From the NCBI GenBank assembly GCA_963665095.1, contig OY762069.1, positions 1,536,001 to 1,600,000 on the forward strand: 64,000 nucleotides of DNA. Direction: 5' to 3'. Made by a program: the position numbers and the translations under genes. Shown one piece after another: positions 1 through 8,336 of this stretch. The notes under the pieces are model-generated. The model searched no databases, was not told the origin of the DNA, and saw only the letters and a program-made list of their open reading frames with translations. This stretch comes from an uncultured Desulfobacter sp. (lineage in GTDB: Bacteria > Desulfobacterota > Desulfobacteria > Desulfobacterales > Desulfobacteraceae). Position 1 is the stretch's first letter, and each line of letters opens with the position of its first letter.

Positions 1-1
1 T

Positions 2-751
2 ATGGCGAGCATTGCCTGTGATGCATGCGCAGGGAATAGTAGTTCCTATCAGGAAACGAATTTGGCTCAACAAAAAGAAATAAAGAACGAGCTGAAAAAA
101 TACAAAAAAACTGTTGGAACTATTGAGAAAAAAAATAAAGACTTATACAAACAAATGGAAACTCTCCAAAAACAGCTTGAGAGTCAAAAAGAAAAATATT
201 CGAAGATTATTGCACATCATGAAATGTCTTTGAGGGACACGGAACAGAAAATTATAGCCCTGGAAAAAGAAAATGAAGTCGGTAACAATGAAATCCGAGA
301 TATAAAAAAGCTATTGATGTCAAAAAACATAGAATTCCAGAATCTTGAAAAAGAAAACGGTAGAATTAAAAAAAATGGGGTGACTGTAAAACTCAGCCAT
401 ATTTTTGCACAAGTCGAAATGCAAAAATTATTGGAGGAACTCCAAATACCGGACGACTTTAGGCAACAACTAGAAAATTCTGTAAAATTCTCAGATGATG
501 ACTTGGACGCAGATACAGAAATAAGCTTTAAGTCTTTTTGGGAATCAAATATTTTATTGGAGTACGAATTATTTGATTTAATAGATAATTTTTACACTGA
601 TGACGTGATTGATAAAAAGTATTTCCCAAACTGGGCAACGATAAAAGATAAATTTAATGATTTAAAATTTTCACTTTCATCTAGACGATATCTTATAGAT
701 ATCACCCACAGAATTTTAAGACAGTATTATGAAACCCATAATTTGAACTGA
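2..751 (+). CDS. Hypothetical coiled-coil protein, probably 5'-truncated by the window edge
   Basis: Long K/E/Q-rich heptad-like stretch; very AT-rich DNA; no family recognised. Confidence 0.6.
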   Translation: MASIACDACAGNSSSYQETNLAQQKEIKNELKKYKKTVGTIEKKNKDLYKQMETLQKQLESQKEKYSKIIAHHEMSLRDTEQKIIALEKENEVGNNEIRDIKKLLMSKNIEFQNLEKENGRIKKNGVTVKLSHIFAQVEMQKLLEELQIPDDFRQQLENSVKFSDDDLDADTEISFKSFWESNILLEYELFDLIDNFYTDDVIDKKYFPNWATIKDKFNDLKFSLSSRRYLIDITHRILRQYYETHNLN

Positions 752-997
752 ATTTTAAAATTTAGCAAACATCAAAGCGAGAAGAATCAGTTTGGACAAA
801 ATCTGACTGTCAGGGCCGTCTTGAAAATGCAGCCAAATCCCCGGTTTGAAAATGTATGTTCTTAGCTGGTTTTTCTTCTCTTAAAAATCAAATTTAAAAA
901 TTTCGTCTTCTTCATTTTTTTCCTTTCTTTGCCCTATGCTTTTTTCCGTACATACTGATCTTATTCATGTCTGATTTGAATCGGAGGCAATATGTAG

Positions 998-1564
998 ATG
1001 GGACTACTCAAGAAAAGAAGGTGCCGAAATTGTAGAAGATTATTCGCTCCTAATCCAAGAAATATAGACTCTCAAAAATACTGTTCCAGATCTGAGTGCA
1101 GAAAAGCCAGCAAAAGGTGCAGCCAGAAAAAATGGCTGAACAAGCCTGAAAATCGAAACTACTTTTGTGGGCCTGCCCATGTTGAACGTGTTCAGGAATG
1201 GAGAAAGAAGAATCCCGGATATTGGAAGAAGACCAAAAGCCCAGATACGTTACAAGACTCGATATTGCCCCAACAGGCTGAAAATAAACAGGATTCAACG
1301 CAATTCATGGACAATGCGTTACAAGATTTCTTACGGGCGCAACCTCCTGTCATTATAGGGTTAATCGCCAACTTTACAGGCAGTGCGTTACAAGATGACA
1401 TCGCTTCCACGCTCCTTCGTATGAAAAAATACGGGCAAGACATTTTATGTTCACAACCCCAAAAAGAAGGAGAGCAAAATGATTGCAAAGGCCCCCATTT
1501 TACCATCCAGGGTTCGAAAAACACCCCAAAGCTTCAGTTGGATCGATCATCGCCTGGTGCGTGA
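998..1564 (+). CDS. IS21 passenger ORF1: basic, Cys-rich (putative Zn-binding) hypothetical protein
   Basis: GGAGG RBS upstream; N-terminal CxxC...CxxxxC (RRCRNC...KYCSRSEC); lies inside the IS IRs. Confidence 0.75.
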   Translation: MGLLKKRRCRNCRRLFAPNPRNIDSQKYCSRSECRKASKRCSQKKWLNKPENRNYFCGPAHVERVQEWRKKNPGYWKKTKSPDTLQDSILPQQAENKQDSTQFMDNALQDFLRAQPPVIIGLIANFTGSALQDDIASTLLRMKKYGQDILCSQPQKEGEQNDCKGPHFTIQGSKNTPKLQLDRSSPGA

Positions 1565-1865
1565 ACGGCACATTGACAGGTGTACACACTCCCAGTCCGC
1601 CCTATATCTGTTTCTGGTGTGTGTGGCCGACAGTCAAGGCATCAGCTACTATGGAGATAAGGCGATCATGGATCGGCTGTGCATGGATTCTGATGGCCTG
1701 AAGACAGCACGTTCCGGGTTAATACAGAATGGGCTGATTGCCTGGCAGAGACCTATTTACCAGGTGCTTGCCCTTGACCCTGCTCCTGGTAAATCAAAAC
1801 GGCACGGCTCCATGCTGCGTCTTTCAGATATTCTAAAAGCAGCAGCGGAGGGCAACCATGATTGA
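1479..1865 (+). CDS. IS21 passenger ORF2: putative winged helix-turn-helix protein
   Basis: AAGGAG RBS; FSWIDHRLVR...ALYLFLVCVAD..G.SYY...L..AR..LI...LI pattern resembles wHTH domains; overlaps the istA start. Confidence 0.75.
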   Translation: MIAKAPILPSRVRKTPQSFSWIDHRLVRERHIDRCTHSQSALYLFLVCVADSQGISYYGDKAIMDRLCMDSDGLKTARSGLIQNGLIAWQRPIYQVLALDPAPGKSKRHGSMLRLSDILKAAAEGNHD

Positions 1866-3333
1866 TTACGAAACCTATGTTCAAATCAGAAATTACTTTA
1901 CCCGAGACGGCCTGACATACAGCCAGATTGCCAATGCCCTTGATCTGGACCCCAGGACAGTTGCCAGGTGGGCCAACCTGAAAAGGTACCAGCCCAGACA
2001 GTCAGCCCCCAGAGAAAGCAAGCTTGATCCGTATAAGAACGCCATCCTGCATATGCTTGAAAAACATCCCTACAGTTCCCGCCAGATATTTCAACGAATC
2101 ACCCAGGATGGTTTTGCCGGGGGCATCACCATTGTTGAGGATTATGTCAGGAAGGTGCGGCCGCCCAAAACAAAGGCGTATTTGAAACTGAGTTTTGCTC
2201 CGGGTGAAGCTGCCCAGGTGGACTGGGGTTCTTATAGTACAGTAAGGGTGGGCAACACGACCCGGCGGTTGAGCTTTTTTGTGATGGTGATGTGCCACAG
2301 CCGCATGATGTACGTTGAGTTCACGGTCTCCCAGACCATGGAGCATTTTTTAGGCTGCCACCAGAATGCATTTGAGTTTTTTGGAAAGGTGCCGGAAAAG
2401 GTCATGGTGGACAATCTCAAATCCGCTGTTCTAAAAAGACTGCTGGGGAAAGCCCCGGTCTTCAACCCCAGATACCTTGATTTTGCAGATTATTACGGAT
2501 TTACAATTGTTCCCTGTAATGTGCGCAAGGGTAATGAAAAAGGCCGGGTTGAAAATGCTGTGGGCTATGTCAAAAAGAATCTGCTCAACGGTCTTGAAAT
2601 CCCTGATTTTAAGATCATGGAGCCCACCTGCAAACACTGGCTTGATACTGTCGCCAATGTCAGAACCCACGGAGAGACCGGTCAAAAGCCCGCAGAGATG
2701 TATGCCCTGGAATTGCCCCACCTATACCCTCTGCCGTCAGAACCCTATGATATCGGTGTGGTAAAGCAGGTACGGGCTTCAAGACAGTACAGGGTAGTCA
2801 TCGATACAAATGCTTACACAGTACCCGCCCAGCTGGCAGGGGTGGCTTTGACTGCCAAGCTTTACCCTGATCGGATCTGCTTTTACCATGAAGACAAGTT
2901 GGTTGCCCGCCATGTCAGATCCTATGGCCGCAAAAACGACCTTGAAGATCCTGATCACTCTAAAATCCTTTTGAGCCAGCGCAAAAAGGCCAGAGACCAG
3001 GCAATTTATATGCGTTTTTTAAGCCTCTCTGACAAGGCCCGGGAGTATTACAGGCAATTGCAGAACAGGCGGCTTAACGCCTCCCATCATGTACGGCAAA
3101 TCGTGGCCTTGAGTGAAATCTACTCCCGGGAACAAGTTGCCATGGCCATTGAAGATGCCTTTAAGTTCTCTGCATTCTCATGTGAATACATCGCCAACCT
3201 CCTTGAGCAGCGGGTTCGGTCTCCCCAGGAGCCCGGAGCCCTGCATGTTACACATAAAGCAGATTTACTGAACCTGACAATCCAGGAGCCTGATCTTAAT
3301 ATTTATACCGCCATAGGAGATAAAAATGCCTGA
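1858..3333 (+). CDS. istA: IS21-family DDE transposase IstA
   Basis: N-terminal HTH; QVDWG, VDNLKSAV and EKGRVENAVGYVK catalytic motifs. Confidence 0.96.
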   Translation: MIDYETYVQIRNYFTRDGLTYSQIANALDLDPRTVARWANLKRYQPRQSAPRESKLDPYKNAILHMLEKHPYSSRQIFQRITQDGFAGGITIVEDYVRKVRPPKTKAYLKLSFAPGEAAQVDWGSYSTVRVGNTTRRLSFFVMVMCHSRMMYVEFTVSQTMEHFLGCHQNAFEFFGKVPEKVMVDNLKSAVLKRLLGKAPVFNPRYLDFADYYGFTIVPCNVRKGNEKGRVENAVGYVKKNLLNGLEIPDFKIMEPTCKHWLDTVANVRTHGETGQKPAEMYALELPHLYPLPSEPYDIGVVKQVRASRQYRVVIDTNAYTVPAQLAGVALTAKLYPDRICFYHEDKLVARHVRSYGRKNDLEDPDHSKILLSQRKKARDQAIYMRFLSLSDKAREYYRQLQNRRLNASHHVRQIVALSEIYSREQVAMAIEDAFKFSAFSCEYIANLLEQRVRSPQEPGALHVTHKADLLNLTIQEPDLNIYTAIGDKNA

Positions 3334-4060
3334 TCTTGAGAAATGCCTGTCCCACTTAAAACTACCTTATATCAGGGAAAACTATGAGTCAGTGGCTACC
3401 CTGGCTGCCCAGAAGCAATGGAGCCACGTTCAATATCTATCAGAGCTTGCCAGGCATGAATCACTACTGCGCCATGATAAAACCATCCAGCGCCGTATCC
3501 GTATGGCCAAGTTCCCGGTAATCAAAACCCTGGACCAGTTCAACTGGTCATGGCCCAGAAAAATCAATCAGGCTCAGATCCAGAATCTGTTCAGACTCAA
3601 GTTCATTGAAGAAAAGGGTAACATTATCGTGATCGGCCCGGTCGGTGTTGGGAAAACACATATTGCGACTGCTTTAGGTTACCAGGCCTGCCTGAAAAAC
3701 CATACGGTTCTGTTCTCTTCTGCCATTGATATCGTCAACAATCTGGTGGCAGCCCAGAAGGCGGGTCAGTTAAAGCAGGAACTGAGAAAATACCTCAAGC
3801 CAACTTTGTTGATCATGGATGAACTGGGCTACCTGCCCATTGACAAGATTGGGGCAGACCTGTTGTTCCAAATTATCAGTCAGCGCTATGAGCAAGGAGC
3901 CATCATAATAACCACAAACCGGGTGTTCAAAGATTGGCCGGAGATCTTCAACAATGACATGACATTAACATCAGCTTTGCTGGACAGGCTTCTTCACCAC
4001 ACCGAGCCTGTGGTCATTGAGGGTAAGAGTTTTAGAATGAAAGATGTGACGGAAGAATAA
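3326..4060 (+). CDS. istB: IS21-family AAA+ helper ATPase IstB
   Basis: Walker A GPVGVGKTH, Walker B LLIMDELGY, LLDRLLHH. Confidence 0.97.
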   Translation: MPDLEKCLSHLKLPYIRENYESVATLAAQKQWSHVQYLSELARHESLLRHDKTIQRRIRMAKFPVIKTLDQFNWSWPRKINQAQIQNLFRLKFIEEKGNIIVIGPVGVGKTHIATALGYQACLKNHTVLFSSAIDIVNNLVAAQKAGQLKQELRKYLKPTLLIMDELGYLPIDKIGADLLFQIISQRYEQGAIIITTNRVFKDWPEIFNNDMTLTSALLDRLLHHTEPVVIEGKSFRMKDVTEE

Positions 4061-4350
4061 CAAAGCCGAGGCCGGTCTACATGCATCTGGAGGCCGGCCC
4101 TTTAATCGCCTACATTTTTAAACCGGGAGATTTATGACATGTTCACGCCCCGCCTGACATCTGACAGATGCCTATTTTGAAATATCTGTGAGTTTAAGTC
4201 TGAACTCTGCAAGGAGGCCTACCATTATTGGTTACCTGAATCGAAAATTTGGCCAGATCAAATCAAGGGTCTGAGGTGAAGACTACCCCTTGGTCAGCCT
4301 CTGTTTTTTAGTCGGTCGACCACCCCGGACTATCTGTAATTCTATGTAAA

Positions 4351-4413
4351 TACAATATCACTCAGCCAATACAAGGATTGACAATGATTGTATTTTGGCT
4401 ATTATGATATGTA
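4351..4413 (+). promoter_or_regulatory. sigma70-like promoter within an imperfect inverted repeat upstream of parD (likely autoregulatory operator)
   Basis: TTGACA at 4378-4383, 16-nt spacer, TATTAT at 4400-4405; flanked by ATATCA..AGCCAATACAA / TTGTATTTTGGCT..TGATAT. Confidence 0.55.
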
Positions 4414-4437
4414 GTTTTTTTAATAAGGAGGGCAGAT

Positions 4438-4686
4438 ATGCATATTTCATTGACACCTGAGCTTGAAAGCAAAGTTAAGCAAAAAGTAGCATCAGGTTTT
4501 TACAACAATGCCAGTGAAGTTATTCGGGACGCTTTGCGGTTCTGGGAAAAAAACGAAGAATTGGTTCAGTATATGAAACTTGAATTGTTAAAAGAACGTT
4601 TGGCGATTGGTGCGGATCAAGCTAAGCAGGGGAAATTTGTGGCGCAATCCGTAAGCGAAATTATTGCTGAGGCCAGGAATGCCTGA
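4438..4686 (+). CDS. parD: ParD-family (RHH) antitoxin
   Basis: MHISLTPELE...VASGFYNNASEVIRDALR signature; overlaps the toxin start. Confidence 0.9.
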   Translation: MHISLTPELESKVKQKVASGFYNNASEVIRDALRFWEKNEELVQYMKLELLKERLAIGADQAKQGKFVAQSVSEIIAEARNA

Positions 4687-4972
4687 ATACCGACTTACGC
4701 CTTCAGCAAAATCAGATTTAATTGAAATTTGGCATTATACTGTTGAGACATGGGGGGAGCAACAAGCTGAAAGATATCTTCAAGACATTGAGGATACGCT
4801 TAATGAACTTGCTGCCAATCCGGGACTTGGAAGACGGCGACCTGAAATTTCCCCAGGATATTATTCCTTTCCAGCACGGAAACACATCATCTTCTATATT
4901 AACTCATATCGTCACATTGATATCATTGGCATTTTACATGGGAAAATGGATATCGATAAAAATCTAATGTAA
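4679..4972 (+). CDS. parE: ParE/RelE-family toxin
   Basis: YRLTPSAKSDLIEIWHYTVETWGEQQAERY...IIGILHGKMD; start placed at ATG 4679. Confidence 0.9.
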   Translation: MPEYRLTPSAKSDLIEIWHYTVETWGEQQAERYLQDIEDTLNELAANPGLGRRRPEISPGYYSFPARKHIIFYINSYRHIDIIGILHGKMDIDKNLM

Positions 4973-5078
4973 GGGGAAGACTACCTGCCGGCGAGGCTCC
5001 ATTTATCGTCTAAACAGCATGAGAATATACTGACTGTCACCAGAATGTAATTGTTATGCATGATTTGTTGAGGACAAT

Positions 5079-5936
5079 ATGAAAAGAATTTTATTGGCAG
5101 GATCAACGGGTTACTTGGGAGGCTATATTGCAAAGGAGCTTCAACAACGATCCTGTTTTTTCAGGACTATTGTCAGAAACCCCAAAAAACTAGAGAAAAA
5201 TGATATTAAAGCTGATGAACTGCTAAGGGCTGAACTTACTGACCCAGATTCCATCAAAGAGTGCTGCAAAGACATCAATGTCGTTATTTCAACGGTTGGC
5301 ATTACAAGGCAAAAAGATGGTCTTACCTATATGGATGTAGATTATCAAGCCAATATGAATTTGCTGAAAGAAGCCCAGAAAAGTGGAGTTAAGAAATTTA
5401 TTTATATTTCAGTCCTCAATGGTGAGAAGCTTCGTAATTTAAAAATATGCGACGCAAAAGAGCTGTTTGTCGAGCAGTTGAAACAGTCAGGCATCGATTA
5501 TTGTATTGTCCGTCCAAATGGGTTTTTCTCTGATATGTCAGAATTTTTTAATATGGCAAAAAAAGGAAGAATTTATCTTTTCGGAAAAGGAAAGTTAAAA
5601 GCCAATCCTATCCATGGTGAAGATTTGGCAACTTTTTGTGTAGATGCTATCGACAAGCCTGATAAAGAAGTTGAAATAGGTGGCCCCGAAACTCTCACTC
5701 AGGATGAGGTTGCATCGATAGCTTTTGGTATACTGGGTAAAAAACCAAAAATAACTCATCTTCCAGATTGGATAAGAATTGCTATCCTCAAACTGGTCAG
5801 GCTATTTACCGGAAGCAAGGTTTATGGACCAGTTGAATTTTTCATGACAGTGATGGCAATGGATATGCTTGCCCCGGAATTTGGTAAACACACGTTAAAA
5901 GAATACTTTATCGAATTGAATAACACCGATGCATAA
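5079..5936 (+). CDS. NAD(P)-binding atypical SDR / NmrA-like oxidoreductase
   Basis: Rossmann motif LAGSTGYLG; IVRPNGFF; ANPIHGEDLA. Confidence 0.88.
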   Translation: MKRILLAGSTGYLGGYIAKELQQRSCFFRTIVRNPKKLEKNDIKADELLRAELTDPDSIKECCKDINVVISTVGITRQKDGLTYMDVDYQANMNLLKEAQKSGVKKFIYISVLNGEKLRNLKICDAKELFVEQLKQSGIDYCIVRPNGFFSDMSEFFNMAKKGRIYLFGKGKLKANPIHGEDLATFCVDAIDKPDKEVEIGGPETLTQDEVASIAFGILGKKPKITHLPDWIRIAILKLVRLFTGSKVYGPVEFFMTVMAMDMLAPEFGKHTLKEYFIELNNTDA

Positions 5937-6097
5937 CAAAAGTACTGCTGGCGGACAAATCCGGGGAGCAACCTGTTTAAAGTGCGTGTAAACCGAGGGG
6001 GGCAAGGGAAAAAATCCGCATTCAGGACAATAATTGCATATAAAAAAGAGTTAAACTCACTGTCAATCAACTAAGCAGGGGATAATTGTTATCGTGT

Positions 6098-6898
6098 TTA
6101 ACCCATGGTCCATGTAAAGCCTGCCCGAACCGGGTAGTGGTCGGATGGGAAAAGGCCGTTAAATGACTCCTGTATCACCTGTTCAGATATTGCAGACAGG
6201 CCGTTTCTGTATAGAATCCAATCAATGTGAAGCCCTGTTTCTGCCCCTTTGAAATCATGGAAGGTGGTGACGGATTTTTCTTCCAGGACCAGGCCAAACC
6301 CCTGGGATTTGAATACATGGTGGGCCGATGATCCCGGGATGGTGTTAAAGTCGCCTGTGACGATCTGCGGTATTCCTCTTGGAAAGCGGTTTAAAAAATC
6401 CAGGACCAGGCCTGCGCTTTTTTGCTGGACATCGGATGTAAAATCAAAATGGGTGTTGGCTATGAGCAGGTGCTGATTTCCCTTTTTAAACCACCCGATC
6501 ACGCACTGCCGGGGCCATCTGGCACCCGAAAGCCTGGAGGGAATGTCCGGTGTCCGGCTTAGAAAAAAGTGGCGGTGGCCCAGGCATTCCCAGGATGAAT
6601 GGAACAGGATCAGGTTGTTCTGCCACCAGTTTACCTGCTTGTTGTACCAGCCAATGTGGCCGTGGTGCATGAGTAGCCGGGTCAAAAATTCAGCCTGGAA
6701 ATGGTTCACCTCCTGGAAACCGATAAAATCGCAGGGGTAATCTTCCATAATTTTTGCAACCAGGTCTTTTCGGTTTTTCCAGGCATGGATGCCATCCCTG
6801 GCCAGGCCGAACCTTAGATTCATCGTCATGATGGTGACCGGACTGCCGGTACTGTTGTTGTCCTTTTCGGGGACAGTTATGAAGGAGGTCTGTGTCAT
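6098..6898 (-). CDS. Endonuclease/exonuclease/phosphatase family protein
   Basis: MTMNLR, GFQEV, NTHFD, TGDFN, IDWILY and SDHYPV motifs. Confidence 0.9.
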   Translation of the reverse strand: MTQTSFITVPEKDNNSTGSPVTIMTMNLRFGLARDGIHAWKNRKDLVAKIMEDYPCDFIGFQEVNHFQAEFLTRLLMHHGHIGWYNKQVNWWQNNLILFHSSWECLGHRHFFLSRTPDIPSRLSGARWPRQCVIGWFKKGNQHLLIANTHFDFTSDVQQKSAGLVLDFLNRFPRGIPQIVTGDFNTIPGSSAHHVFKSQGFGLVLEEKSVTTFHDFKGAETGLHIDWILYRNGLSAISEQVIQESFNGLFPSDHYPVRAGFTWTMG

Positions 6899-7175
6899 CA
6901 GGTTTTAACATGCGCTATTCCCTTCTGCCTGTCAACACCCGGTTGTGCTCCCTTTATCTTTCCCGGACAGCGCCCCTGGAAAACGCTTGGGATACTGTGC
7001 TGGAAAACCCTGTCACATCCGCCCTGCTTCTATCCAAAAATATTAAATAACCGGTGTTACTCTACCGCAGACCGGACACAGTGGTTACCGCCAGGATAGA
7101 AAGAAGGGAACGTTTTTAACCGGTCCTGTTCAGGAAAATCATTGATCAGCATACCGGAACAAGACCGGGTGGGCA

Positions 7176-7364
7176 TTATTTTTCAAACTGGAGTCCCCGT
7201 CCGTCATCACAGGGATCCGGCCCGTCATCATTGGGTCTTGCATGTTCGGCCCAGGCATGGTCCGAGGTGCAGGTGTCCAGATCTTCAGCATTGGCCTGTA
7301 TCCGGGAAAAATTTTGTGTATCGGTCTTACCTGACTTCTGGTCTGCACGGGTTTGATTTGACAT
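7176..7364 (-). CDS. Small acidic hypothetical protein (62 aa)
   Basis: Strong AAAGGAGGA RBS before ATG 7364; directly downstream of the lpd-like gene. Confidence 0.6.
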   Translation of the reverse strand: MSNQTRADQKSGKTDTQNFSRIQANAEDLDTCTSDHAWAEHARPNDDGPDPCDDGRGLQFEK

Positions 7365-7396
7365 GATTGATCCTCCTTTCAAAAGGGTCGTAATTT

Positions 7397-8310
7397 TTAC
7401 AAAACTGCTTTGCACTCGTACATTTCAACGCCTGGTGTTTCCATGTCCGGCTCTTCCCTGTCTATTGTATCAACAATCTGCCGAAACGCATCACGAAGTG
7501 TCTCTTCCAGGGATGGGTGGTAAAACGGCATGGCCAGGATTTGTTCGGCGGTCAGGCCGGAAGAAATTGCCCAGGCAAGCATTTGCCCGAGATGCTCTCC
7601 CTGGGGAGCGACCATCTCAGCCCCAAGAACCTTGCCTGTTTCCGGATCCCCGTAAATATGAATTTTCCCTTCATTGGCATGCTGCATCAACGCCCGGCCA
7701 TTAGATTTAAAATCGGATTTTCCTGTCACAAAGTCTGTTTTTCCCCGAATCAGGGTGTTGTGAAACTTCCCCACCTTTACAATATTCGGCGAAGAAAATG
7801 TGATTTCCAGGGGCACCCGCCGCTGGAAACCAGTGATTTCATCGGCCACAGCATTGATGCCGGCGATGCGGCCTTCATCTGTGGCTTCATGCAGCAGCGG
7901 TGTATCCCGGTTAACGTCTCCTGCAAAAAAGACAGGGGCACCGATCACCTTGAGTGTATTTCGGTCATATTCGGGCATGCCGTTTTGATCCAGGGGGACA
8001 TTCAGGTTTTCAAGCCCAAGAGATCTAACGTTGGGCTTCCGCCCCATGGCCGTGAGCACCGTTTCTGCCGGCCACTGTTTATCGGCACATCCCACCAGTA
8101 CTTCATTGCCGGACAACTGCCGGATCTCGGCTGTCCCCTGGTACAATTCAATTTGTCTGGAAAACGTATCCACGGCAAATTCCTGCAACTCAGGATCACT
8201 TAAACCGCCAAGCCGCTTATTCCGGGTAACGGCAAACACCTTTACCCCAAGCCGGCTTAAGGCCTGGCCGATCTCAAGACCAATGGGGCCTAAGCCAAAT
8301 ACGGTCATCT
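7397..8310 (-). pseudogene. lpd: Dihydrolipoamide dehydrogenase-family flavoprotein, 3' fragment (interrupted by the IS66 composite)
   Basis: GLGPIGLE NAD motif, FAGDV, FYHPSLEE; joins 16094-16609 in frame once the insert and one TSD copy are removed. Confidence 0.9.
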
Positions 8311-8336
8311 GTAAGCGGTGTATTAACCGCACCTTT

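Larger units (their letters stand above)
808..4159 (+). mobile_element. Complete IS21-family element (3352 bp) with two extra ORFs upstream of istA/istB
   Basis: Imperfect 49-bp terminal IRs: TGTCAGGGCCG...CCCGGTTTGAAAATGTA at 808-856 and reverse complement of 4111-4159 TGTCAGGCGGG...CCCGGTTTAAAAATGTA. TG...CA ends; 6-bp direct repeat TCTGAC at 802-807 and 4160-4165. Confidence 0.93.
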
